Assembly (NCBI RefSeq): GCF_023055435.1
Contig: NW_025963891.1
Location: 9,982,001 to 10,046,000 of the forward strand
Length of the DNA: 64,000 nucleotides
DNA from: Haliotis rufescens
Taxonomy: Eukaryota
Reading direction: 5' to 3'
Shown: positions 1 to 11,400 of the stretch, in pieces
Layout of the letters: the number at the start of each line of letters is the position of its first letter
Numbering within the stretch: the stretch's first letter is position 1
Notes under the pieces: model-generated
What the model saw: only the letters and a program-made list of their open reading frames with translations
What the model was told of the DNA's origin: nothing
Databases searched by the model: none
Program-made: the position numbers and the translations under genes

Positions 1-9
1 CACATCAGT

Positions 10-480
10 GACGCATCAGTGACTTGTGCCATGTGGTCCCGTGTTTTTGTCAGGTGAACAACTGACTTGCATGTGCTTGTGAGGGGTGCCGCAGATGGCG
101 CAGGATACGCTCAATTTTTTCGCGGACTCTTGGTATCATCTCTTCTTGATAGTGATTCATAAACACATTTTCATGATATCGTCGGAATCGCAGAATGGAC
201 TGCTCAGAAGTTTTTTGATTCAAGGCCTCAGTAAAACTTCCAAAACGTTTTATAGAAGACAGGTGGAGGACATTTCCAAATTTGTCGCATCAGTGACAAG
301 TATGATGTCCGATGCATTTCCATATTTTAACGTGCATCATATGTTCCCGTGTTTTTTTTCAGGTGAACAATTGATTTGCCTTTGCATGTGCTTGTGACGG
401 GTGCCACCGGTGACGCAGGACACCTGGTATCATCTCTATTTGATAGAGATTCATAAACATATGTTCATGATGTAGTCGGA
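10..480 (+). repeat. Two tandem copies of a ~190-bp repeat resembling PLE terminal sequence (also ~11870-12030, ~7148-7220 and unit equivalents, ~48130-48180)
   Basis: Shared motif cccgtgttt...caggtgaacaa...gtgacgggtgcc...gcaggatacgctca...cacctggtatcatctc. It lies downstream of the PLE RT remnant in the same intron and orientation. Confidence 0.5.
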
Positions 481-639
481 GATTTCTTATGTATATGGCA
501 AAGGTTTCTGCCGCTTTTATTTTATTTTCATGGTATATGTCTACTTAAGTATCTGTTTTATGGACGAACTATGAAAGGTTGTAAATAACTCTCATGACAG
601 AACATTCTCTATTCTTCCATTATGACAACATTTACTTAC

Positions 640-1625
640 AGTTTCTCTGAGAGTGTATGAGGATAGATGAGAACATATTTCTTCCTTTAGGAAGTGTTCT
701 ACCATTTCCTGAAATGCAAAGAACAAGGTTTCCAGTAATTGCCATTATACAGAGGCTTTCGCAAATTATTGATTTCACGCGATAATGCCCCAAAATAAAC
801 ATTGAAATATGTGTAAGTTGTGTTTTACGCCGCTTTTAGCAATATTCCACCGATATCACGACAGGAAACACCAGAAATGGGCTTCACACATAGTACCCAG
901 GTTGGGATTCGGACTTGGCCTCAGCCGTGACGGCGAACGCTTTGACGCGTTTGTACAATATTTCATTGAAAGTCAGCTTAAAGTGATAGACATGTCTAAA
1001 GTCACCTTCTCCTTCGAAGACTTTTGTGAGCCATTCTCCCGTTTTTCGAGGCAATGCGGTTATATACATATGAAAGTCGTTATATCTAATGCCAATAAAT
1101 AGAACAGATCATGTATTTGACAAGCAGGAAGTAGGCACTGGTCAATCAATTTCTAATTTATTCAAGTAGCATGACTCACCACGCCTTCATCTGTATCCAA
1201 TCTGGCAATTACCGCGGTGAGGGTTTCCTTACAGTTCGTACACGCATCGTCATCCTTTGAAATGATGCAGAAGAAAAAACGAATGTTTTTCGCTTATAAG
1301 CAGTTCAATTTTTACTGAACCCTCACATTGAAAATAGATATAACGATTACAACACACACGCACGTTTATAAGTTTCGCATATATGGTTGTCAAGTGAGTA
1401 GAGAGTATACCTCTGTTGATTATGTTACTAGCTGTCTTATATTCCAGTTATTAGGCAGCGATATAGCTGAAACAAATATTGATTTTCTAAGTCAAATGTG
1501 TATGAGTTGGTAAAATATCCCGTGCACAAATATACAAAGGTTGACATATAATCAACTCCTAACGCAACCAACTTACCTGACCCAACGGAGACACATAGGG
1601 CAATAATAAGAATCGAAGTATTCAT
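640..1625 (-). pseudogene. Two-domain saposin-like (SAPLIP) gene, copy A; only exons 1-4 in window, nonsense codon in exon 2
   Basis: Exons 1625-1577 (MNTSILIIALCVSVGS), 1466-1411, 1254-1180 (DDDACTNCKETLTAVIARLDTDEGV), 708-640 (EMVEHFLKEEICSHLSSYTLRET), all bounded by AG/GT. Exon 2 has in-frame TAA at 1422-1420 where copy B has TCA and copies C/D have TCG (Ser). Remaining exons would lie left of the window. Confidence 0.8.
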
Positions 1626-1684
1626 TTTCGGGGATGAACGTAAACACGCCGTTGATGTCAGGTCAGAAGTAAACGTCATGGAGG

Positions 1685-1692
1685 TTTATATA
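1685..1692 (-). promoter_or_regulatory. TATA box (TATATAAA) of saposin-like copy A
   Basis: 60 bp upstream of the ATG; conserved in copies B, C and D. Confidence 0.65.
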
Positions 1693-4605
1693 CTCAGGCT
1701 AGGGTGACACCATGTGCAACCCGACGCTATTTAATTTTCCCATATGTCTTTTAATGGGTGCGTTTGACAATTTTGAAGAGAGCATTACCCTTTTTAGTTG
1801 GTGCTAATAAAGCCAATTGCCTAGTTAAAAGTGTCAGACATGTGAAATTGATATAGTCAAAATGTCTATTCCAATATGCTTAACAGCATGTGGAATTGAA
1901 ATATTCAATTTCAATATATGTTTCGCAAGAGCTATCATGTGTTTATCGATGTTGGCACACCTTTACATTATATGCTTCATAATATATTTTTAATGAATCA
2001 GTTTCTTGTCGTGATGAATAACAATACTATTTATTGCCACGGACATAATGTCGGCGGTCGTATTTTAAGAGTAAGGTAATATGTAATGTGTTCAATTCTT
2101 ATTTTGAAGCTGCGATAATGAGAGACTTAAGAAATTTAACAGAATTCAAAACATCTATGACAGAGAATAATCAGTGTCACATGTCTACCGAAAACATAAG
2201 GTGTAAAAGGTAAAATAATGATGAATATTACATGTATGCAATCGAGTATAGACCAGACACTCCAGTGATTGATATTATGAGCAGTTATCCACGTCGTCGG
2301 GGTACGACGCCAGGCTGTCAACCAAGACAGCAAGCCTTACCACCCGTCCCCATTAAAGTAAGTGCCAGGAGGTGTGAAAACTCATTGCAAAGGTAACAGT
2401 ATGGTTAAGCGCAGCGAATAATGTTGACAATCGACTTTGAATGTCTACCATACATTTTCTGGCATACCTTAGCCAGGTCACTGATAGTGAAGAGATGATT
2501 GAAAAGCTTTCTTTTGTTCTTATGTACCTAAGAAACCGAACAATGTAGACGCCACAAGCTGGAGCTGATACAATATTGATCAACATGGCGGGGAAACTGA
2601 CGATCCTCTTGTCTTAAAGCTTTGTACAGAAGTTGTCATCATACTCATTCTTGTTTATCTCGGCATTGTTGAATGAAATTAGGTCATTAATATATCTGAA
2701 ATTGAACTCTTTGGCAATGAATCCTTACTTTGATTTCACTGAAGCAGTAGGAGAGATTTTCTACTTTAAAATGTATTGTATTTCATCCTTACCTAATCTG
2801 AAAGTACTATGTTTTTACTCTGACGATTGCAAACTATGACGTCATCATAGGGGAAAATGACAAAGTTCATCTTTTCTTGTCTGAAGAAGTTCACGATTGA
2901 GTATGCCTGTGAGATAACAGAACATTAAGCCCCACTACCAACTAGATGTACACATATAAAAATGTCATTACATTTTGAACAGAAACGGCCGAATGATGGA
3001 CATAAATTTCAGATTTCAGCGTAGTCAGAGTTGAAAGATCAAATAAAGGTCAGAACCTAATACATCTCAAAACGGAACACACATGTTGAACCCCACTACT
3101 AAATTCATACCCAATTTCATTTGAGTAATAGCCAGAAATAGGTTTTCCAATATGATTTGATCGCAGTGGTGATATTGAAATCGGATTTCAACCTTTCCTT
3201 TAGATTCAGGTGGCATCATTTGTTGGAAGTTTCAACTTCATTGGTCCAGTGGATTCTGAAGAAATTATGTTTGTATTGGTAGGAAATGCAATTTGAGAGA
3301 ATTAGGGAGCATGGTCAAAGGGATGAAAACATTTATTATTATTAAAAAAGGAACACATATATGTTGAGTCCTACAACCATGTTGAGTACCATGTTTTATT
3401 ACATTTTGTCCAGATTTCCCACAAGCAGTTACAGCTTTCACTGTAGTCAGCCCAAGATGGAAACAAATACAACAACTCGCACAAAAACAGGAAATTTATG
3501 TCGATGCGCCCTACTACCAAGTTCCCATGCACCACCATCTCCATTTTAAACATAATGGCTAACTAACTAAATAACGCATGGCGCATGGCGCATGACGGAC
3601 AAAGACTCCTCTGTTTAAAATATGTCGCAAATATCCAACCCTTCACGTGAACTATGTCCTAGTCGTCTTTATTATTGTGTGTATAGGAAGGATTGTATAT
3701 ACGGACATGGGCAGAGATGGTTTCATTTACCAAACTGTTATTCTTGCACTTTTGACTTACAGTAATGTAACGTTTCGAGATCAAACTGAGCATCACTTCA
3801 TGTCGTTCTAAATGCTTCTTATGCTGGGCCAACATATAAGGTTGGACAGCACTGACACTGATACTATCTGGAAACTTTTTAATTCTATTCCTTGTTGTTT
3901 CAATATCATAAGTTTATCGTGAAAGACTTAAATATGAATTTATTACATGATGTTTGTTATCATTTAATTCAATTCACCACAGAACGCCTTCGTTGTTCTT
4001 GAAATGACGTTTAACCAAAGTGGTCAACGTGTGACACATGCATCACTTTGGGCTTTCCTCCCACATCAGACTGACACTCCTTGTGGATCGGTGCTCATGA
4101 TGTCAATCACTGGATTGTCTGGTCCAGACGCGATATTTTACAGACTCCCATCATACAGCTGGAATAATGCTGAGTGCGGAGTTAAACAACAAACAAGTCA
4201 TCGCGAAAAACACTTAAGCTGGTGTGTACTAAAATCATCAATCACGAATCATAAGAACAAACTTCTGAAATGCTGAAAACTCCTGCACTTCTCAATAACA
4301 CTTTTATCAGTACACTAACGTGAGATTCAACGCTTGTTCGAGTGCATGACATGTCACTTCTGTTATTAGTGTGAATTCATATTTCTCCCTCGATGTTTTT
4401 ATCTTAAACTGCCTGAATACTTTGCGTTCATGCCAACATCTTTACTTACAGTGTACGTAATCACTGTTGGGTGACCAATGCAACAGAAAATGTCTTTCCA
4501 CTAAGGCAAACTTAACTGTCATATACACTTTAATAGATTAGAGCAACAAAAACATGTATGTGATCTAGATTTCAAGTGTGGGTGTGCAAGTGACGGTGGT
4601 TCAGA

Positions 4606-4647
4606 GTGGTGGTGGTGGTGGTGGTGGTTGTTGTTGTTGTTGTTGTT
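4606..4647 (+). repeat. (GTG)n(TTG)n microsatellite, expanded SINE tail (also 27181-27242, 38534-38566; N-gap at 15885-16052)
   Basis: Seen directly. Confidence 0.9.
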
Positions 4648-6230
4648 TAACGCCGGTCTGTAAATAATTGAGTCTGGGCCAGACAATCTAGTGATTTGTA
4701 TCATGAACATCGATCCACTTAATGTGGGATACGATATGACGCATCAACCAAGTCAGTGAGCCTGACCTCCTCATCCCGTTAGTCGCCTCTTTCGACAAGC
4801 ATAGTCTCCTCTTACGACATGGGTTGCTGAAGATCTGTTCTAACCCGTATCTTCACGGCGGATTCCAAAACTATGTATATCATCGTCATATTAGTGATAG
4901 ACAATTTCCTTTAGTTGGTATGGCCTTGTGCTAGTATGGCCGTAAGCCCACTGAGATGCCATGCTGCAGTATAAAATGTCTCCCTACTCAAACACAGTAT
5001 ACTGACTAAGCGGAAAAACCCTTCGTTTATCCTCTTAATGCTAAATGCCAACAGGGTTACAACAAATATAATCTTTTAACGTATTTGGGTACGCCCCTGC
5101 AATGTTCTTGGAGAATGAGGACGTCAGCATCGATCTTCCCTTTTTGTTTGACAATCAGAGACTGTGAGGCAATAAGTGTATTTGCCTTCAGTAGCATTAT
5201 TTCGAGAGTACATGATCGGTCGTTTCTGAAAAAGACATTGTATGTGATTTTTTTATGCCCCTTCGTTTTTAACAGTCCATCTTTAAGAGTGTTGGTTTGG
5301 TCAACTGTGTAACAAACTATTATTCCAATGAAACCATACACGTTTCCTTCATATCATTGCATGTGGAACACACACACCTACATTGTTGATACCTGCATGA
5401 AATGCCTTTGTTGACTCGTGCTAGATTTGAGACTAAAGGAAACACCATTTACGGTAATTTAACTATATGACTCGCAACGTGACTCAAGTTTCTTGAGAGA
5501 GAAACAATGTCATGACATGGAAGAGTGTATGCCATGATTTTTATTAACTGTACTATGACTTTAATAATGATCTTCACCCATGACGGGTTTTTTCCAGTGT
5601 GGTAGAGCATGTTCAGCCAATCACACACACCTGGTGTCGTCGCTGAAACCCTTTGTGATTAATACTTTTGAATTTGTTGCTTTCATACCTTTTTTACTTT
5701 GATTTAAATAGTAAATGTCATAAGAAAAGGATTAACCTTTGCAAAACTCTTGACAAATCATAGCAGAGCGATGCTTCTGATTCATTTATATAACATTCCC
5801 ACGTAAGATGAAGATTGGACAATTATTGTTGTGTATAACTTTATATTGTGATTCTCAGATACATACTCTGCTTTTCAAAGGAGATTAATACAGAAAAAAT
5901 GTATATCGAAACCTTTACGCATACGAATTACCAACGGATAGAGATGCTTGATAGACTGTTTACATTGAATTTGATTTCTTTCTTTTGTTATATCTGCTCT
6001 TTGTGTCTCTGACAATATTTAACCGTAATCTTATAAAGTGTATGCTCTGCTCAAGTGTCGCAGTCATAATCTTTAAGCGAACCCTGTCCTCACACTTATA
6101 TAGTTTAGGACAACTCGTTATACATTATATGAATTTATGCAAGAATATGTGATTTGTGTTACATATGTGTATACATATGCGTCTTTGCAGGAAGGGGGTG
6201 CCTCTTTAGGTAACATCTGGGGTCACTGGA

Positions 6231-6448
6231 GGAACGGTGGCCCATACCCGCCACTGGTGAGATCATTTCCCCCTGTATGCCTCTACATTTTATCTCGCGG
6301 CCACCAGATACTTCCACTGGTGAGATAAAATATAGAGGTATACAGAGGAAAATGATCTCACCAGTGGAAGTATCTGGCGGCCGCCAGACAAAATATAGAC
6401 GCATACAGTGAAAAATGATCTCACCAGTGGCGGGTCTGGGCCACCGTA
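6231..6448. mobile_element. Foldback MITE (also ~17700-17916, ~28888-29104; absent in unit 4)
   Basis: Long inverted arms acggtggcccatacccgccactggtgagatcattt / aaatgatctcaccagtggcgggtctgggccaccgt, flanked by an A(C/A)TGGA direct repeat. Empty site near 40228. Confidence 0.8.
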
Positions 6449-6549
6449 CTGGAGTCGTTATCATGGACTCAACTTTTTTTCACAAACGGATAAATATATA
6501 GACGAATGCAATGCTATTTTTGGAAACGTTGACAATCAAAGTCCGATTC

Positions 6550-7001
6550 ATTCACGTTACATCCGCAAGACGCTGAAAAGGATACGCCTCCAGTTGAATA
6601 TGTCAGGCTTGGATATTAGGATATTAAAGAGATATTATCTTTCTGTCAATATTGCACTGGATTATAATAGTTTCCAAGATTTGTAACGTTTAATATACAT
6701 AAATGATTATCTTTATTGCGCTGTTTAACGGTAATTCAGAACCCGTGGTATTTCATTAACAGCTGAAAACAGAATTCCCTCTATGTTCAGTCATGGTTGA
6801 ATATGTATAGCCAGAATACTGAAAGCGTTTACTGAAATATCAGTAGAATATACGAATGTAGTATAGATGTCTTAGAAAGATCAAGGGATTTTTTTTAGCC
6901 TTAACATGTGTCCATATCTTTTGCAAAAATCCAGTCAACAATACATCGGATGGCTTCCCTTTAACATTCTCTGGACATAACGTGTATAGAGTGCACATAG
7001 A
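6550..7001 (-). pseudogene. Diverged relic of saposin exons 10 and 11 downstream of each gene copy (also ~18020-18470, ~29210-29657, ~40330-40787)
   Basis: 7001-6918 reads SMCTLYTLCPENVKGKPSDVLLTGFLQK versus true exon 10 GLCTLATLCPENLKGKPSTALVTDFLQK, with the donor GT changed to AT. ~6582-6557 (ttttcag CGTCTTGCGGATGTAA) mirrors exon 11 (tttttcag AATCTTTTCTTGAGGCGGATGTAA). Confidence 0.75.
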
Positions 7002-7323
7002 CTGGTAACGAGGACTGGCACCCAAAATTAATAAAATGGGATAAAATGCTTGTATTGTCTGTAATGTGCAGGGAGTGAGACAGCCTCATCTGTTTCATCT
7101 TATCAAAACTGATCCTCAGATGCAATTCCCAATTGCGAATTGGGCCAAATGTTCCCGTGTTTCTTCAGATGAATATCTGGCATGTGTTTGTCGCGGGTAG
7201 AACGGATTCAGAAGGATGTGCTGCATTAACGTATGTCACTAAATGTACGGGGTGATAAATATTACATTCCAAATCACTTCCCTCGTATTGAGTGACACCC
7301 CATTGCATTTCCGTAGTGCATTA

Positions 7324-8266
7324 CCCAGCAGGCACATGACATTGTTCTGTTGAAATTTGGTTGATCTGAGGCTGCTACGTTCAAAAACATTGTATCGACA
7401 TTGTTTCAACATTGGCCTTTCGATAGTTGAAAACATGAAGAATTTGATATTGTTTTAACATGGAAGAGTAATCTAAAAACGATGATATCTCAGAAAACCA
7501 TGAATTCTGCAATACTTAATTAAATATATATATTTGTTGTCGTTGGAATCAATATATCTAGACTCTAGATTGTTTGTTTTGTACCACATAATGATGATTT
7601 AAAGACGTATTACATATCATAAATATAGATAAACATTTGGTTTAACAATGCTAATACAGATATTTTAAATACTTTCGTGAGACATAGAAAGTATTACTGA
7701 CATACAGTGATTTACTTTACCGAAACTGCCAGGACATCTCGCATTTCAACTGAACATTCCGGCGTGTATTTGGACATTGTAACCTCAGATAATTCAACCA
7801 TAGAACGACCGAGTGATGTCCAATGAAACAAACATGCACACTGTGTGAAATTCTCTTTCCAAACATAGGAGGTGATGCTGGTATATGACAGATCAATAGT
7901 GACAATGGATTCTCTCAAAATGCAGCATTCCACCCATATTAACCAAGTAGAAAAACGGCGTCTGATATGGCGACACTGGCATGCCCCCAACACAATATGA
8001 GTCCTTGCCAGGGTCCTCTAGTATCCAGGAAGGTGCAACCCTTATGGGAGTAGACTTTTGGAGTCCATTTGACCTGTTTATATTGTCTTTTTTAGATGTA
8101 TGTGTCAGTGCAACCAATATCCATCCAATACCCAACCAAAAATCAACAATATTTCAACATTGATATCTGATGTCCATTCAACGTCAATATTTCAAATCCA
8201 ATCAAAGATCAATGTCATTTCAACGTTGAAGGACGGCATTGATTCAACATTTTTGTGACTGCTGGG
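7324..8266. mobile_element. Non-autonomous TIR DNA transposon, CCCAG termini, EnSpm/CACTA-like (also 18793-19752, 29980-30938, 41062-42016)
   Basis: tta|cccagcaggcaca ... tgtgactgctggg|tta, with clusters of subterminal caacattg/tgttgaa repeats at both ends. Confidence 0.7.
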
Positions 8267-8382
8267 TTAATTACAATTTGCAATTCGCTATTGTTTCAAA
8301 TGTATGCTGCACCACATAAGTGGTATCCAAAATGTCCACTAAAGAGAAAAAAAGACACGTGTCGATCATTGAATCCAATTAG

Positions 8383-8388
8383 TTTATT
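8383..8388 (-). terminator. Polyadenylation signal AATAAA of copy B (conserved in C, D, E)
   Basis: tttatt on the + strand, ~73 nt past the stop codon; present at the equivalent site in each unit. Confidence 0.6.
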
Positions 8389-8460
8389 TTTTAAAGAGAC
8401 ACATATACAAACAACTACTATGCTAATTCTAGTAGACGTTGATAATCTGGTCGATTCAAG

Positions 8461-11400
8461 TTACATCCGCCTCAAGAAAAGATTCTGAAAAATAGATAAG
8501 TCTTTAGTTGAGTCATGCAAGTGAATCAGTGCAAAAATGTATTACCTCATTGTAAACTTCTATAACTTAATATACAATAGCATAGGTCAGGATTGAGATA
8601 AAATTCATTCACAAGAAATATCATATTTAAGATAGTTCCTGATGATAAAGGCATTTTGTAAATGTGTTTATTGCTTTGATATGGCTCGAAGGGATTGATG
8701 CATACCTTGCTCAATGGTGATCATAACTTGTAGACTTAAGTATTTCATTAATATCTGAAAAATATATAAATGACATCAATTGCAGGACAAACTATCATAT
8801 CAAACCATTTCCTAAATATGTAGTCATAGTTGAATATGTCTAGTCATATGATGACAAACTTGATTACTGTAGTCTGAGACATTGATAATGGATAGCATGA
8901 TTGTTTGGCGTTAACATCACATAAAATCATTTATTGGGAGAAATGCTTTAATTCAGATCAGTTGTCTATATGATCATAATACAATTTTGTATATTTCTAA
9001 TGTTTTCTCATCTTGTTATTACAATTATGATTGTTTAGCATTCACATCACTTAAAATTATTTATTGGGAGTAATGCTTTAATTCAGATCAATTGCCTATA
9101 TTATTATAATACAATTTTCTATTTTTCTAATGTTTTTATCTTGTTCTTACAATGCTACCTTTTGAAGGAAGTCTGTCACCAGTGCAGTAGATGGCTTCCC
9201 TTTAAGATTCTCTGGGCATAATGTGGCGAGAGTGCAAAGGCCCTCGGGATCCTAAAGCATGAAAAAACGGTGGACTGCTCATGACGACTGGCATCAAGAT
9301 TACAACATTAAAAAATACTTCAGATTAAAAAAGAATAAAATAATATACTAATCTGTCTAACTGTTAGACCGAAATGTCAAACACACCCACGCACGCACGC
9401 ACGCACTCGAATTAGAAGTTGACAATTTGTTCATTTAAGCCCATGATAAAGTCATGATACCTGTGATATCCAATTCTTTTATGAATGGAATCGATAAACT
9501 GTAGAACGTTTTTCTTACCGCGTTTTCAACAATGTAATCCAGAACCCCGGGTATCAGAGCACGGACCTCAGCAGTACACTAAAACAAAGTAAAGAAGTCA
9601 GCAGTTGAATATTGTTTTAAAACAACTTTAACAACTACGTTGTGCATTATCAAATTAATTGGCATTCGCTACACATGCATTTATACGTGTTATGGAAGTC
9701 TTGCATCATTTCGTTTCAGAGCAAGTTATTTCTAAGAAGACAAAAGAACTAATGCAAACCAATATGTGTGGCTGAAACAATATGTGTGTCCAGGTATCAT
9801 GTAGCCACTGTTTGTTTAAGAAGAAGCAACAACACGTTTATTCAGGGACTACAACGATCTTAGCTGCTTAAGATTGGTCCGGACCAATTGTAAGTTTCGA
9901 TTGTAACTTACAACGATCTTAGCCTACAATCGCTTTGTGCAAGTGGATGACGATTGTAGCCGAAGCCAAAGATCGCGATCTTAAGGATTTTTAATAATTG
10001 TAGCGCTAAGATCGCTTTGTGCAAGTGGACCCAGGTATCCTATAGCCACTGTATGTTTAAGAAGAAGCAACAACATTAACATGATAGCCAATGTGTTTGA
10101 CTGAAATACGTATTTCAATAGAAAGAAGAGTGGAACATAAGAACAAATAGGTAAACACTTACGACTTCCTCCAGAAAATAAGCAGAAAGTGGACTGCAAA
10201 TTACATGGTCGAAATACGTCTCCACTTGTTCCTGCACAATACATTAGACACACTTGTCATTTAGGGCCTAATCCAACAACAACATTAGTAATGATTGCTT
10301 ATTTGAATTATAAACGTTGACATGTGCCCTGTGCGATATTTGGACATGTTGTCTCGGTAACTATTTGCGATGGTATACACAAAGTTTATCAGACCAACAA
10401 CGTGTCAAGCTAATTCGATTAAAATGCAATTTATGGACAGTAAGTAGGTACAAAAACTTATTCACGCTAATTCAATATGAGCGTTTTACCTTCACTTCAT
10501 CTGTGTTCAAACTCGCAATGAAATTATCAACGACTTCAATGCAGTTTGCACAAGCATCATCACCCTGGAAGAAAACAGAACCATTTTGTTTATGTTTATT
10601 AATTGTACATAAGTTGGGTTTAATCACACAATGACTCGTCGACTATTGCGCACACAGAATAAACAATCACTGTTTTTAGTCAATGACAGGTACACCAATG
10701 ACTCACTCATCGAGGTCAACATAAATAGCTATACATAGATGTGTTGTGAGTATCTCTTAAACCCTGATCTATGTTTCACGGGGGTTCAAATGTCACATCT
10801 TTGGTTTGTCAAAAGCATCGCTGTGCCATTGGTGCTAATTACTATCTGTGACATTCGTCCAACTTTAATATAACTGACATACAGTTTAAAGCGGGAATAA
10901 ATCCAACACATTCACACAAGTCATTACCGTTTGTACATCGACATTTGTAACCATCTTGAAGTGATTATTAAGCTCTTCAGGACACAACATTGCCAAACTG
11001 CACAAGACCTCAGGATCCTGAAACATATAGAATTAAATATTTTAAATTTACATTTTTAGTTTCTTTATCTTACATTAATATTTATATTCTTCCTGCTCTT
11101 CAGACGACTTCTGTTTGTAGTTTATAATTAATCACTTTCACATGTTACATACAATGATAAATAGGCCATCATGTCTCCCCTGACTTACCGCGTTCTCCAC
11201 AACATACTCCAGAAGACCTGGAACAAGCCCATGAACAGCAGAGTTACACTAAAACAAGAAGATACAATGGTAAGACTCGTGACATAATGACAATACAGTA
11301 TTCCATTGATATTGTCCTAAGTACATGTAAAGCCAAAATCCTACCTCTGTCAGGCGATTAGTCTCCAAGTCATCGTTTACATATTTTTTGCTCTACCTCA

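Noticed and set aside
4519-4710. Poly-Asn/poly-His ORF, and the THTH ORF at 31920-32108
   Set aside because: Translations of microsatellites and SINE tails.
5119-5132. In-frame TGA next to Cys codons in the putative decayed gene, considered as selenocysteine
   Set aside because: No SECIS identified, and other copies also carry TAA stops and frameshifts, so ordinary decay is simpler.
6231-6448. Short regularly spaced repeats that superficially resemble a CRISPR array
   Set aside because: The repeats are inverted arms of a MITE with no unique spacers, there are no cas genes, and the context is eukaryotic.
6159-6464. Repetitive 101-aa ORF (TGEIIF repeats)
   Set aside because: Translation of the foldback MITE subrepeats; absent in unit 4.
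10317-10634. 105-aa plus-strand ORF recurring in three units (10317, 21933, 33026)
   Set aside because: Antisense to saposin exon 7 and intron 7, non-ATG start, disrupted in unit E; recurrence reflects unit identity.
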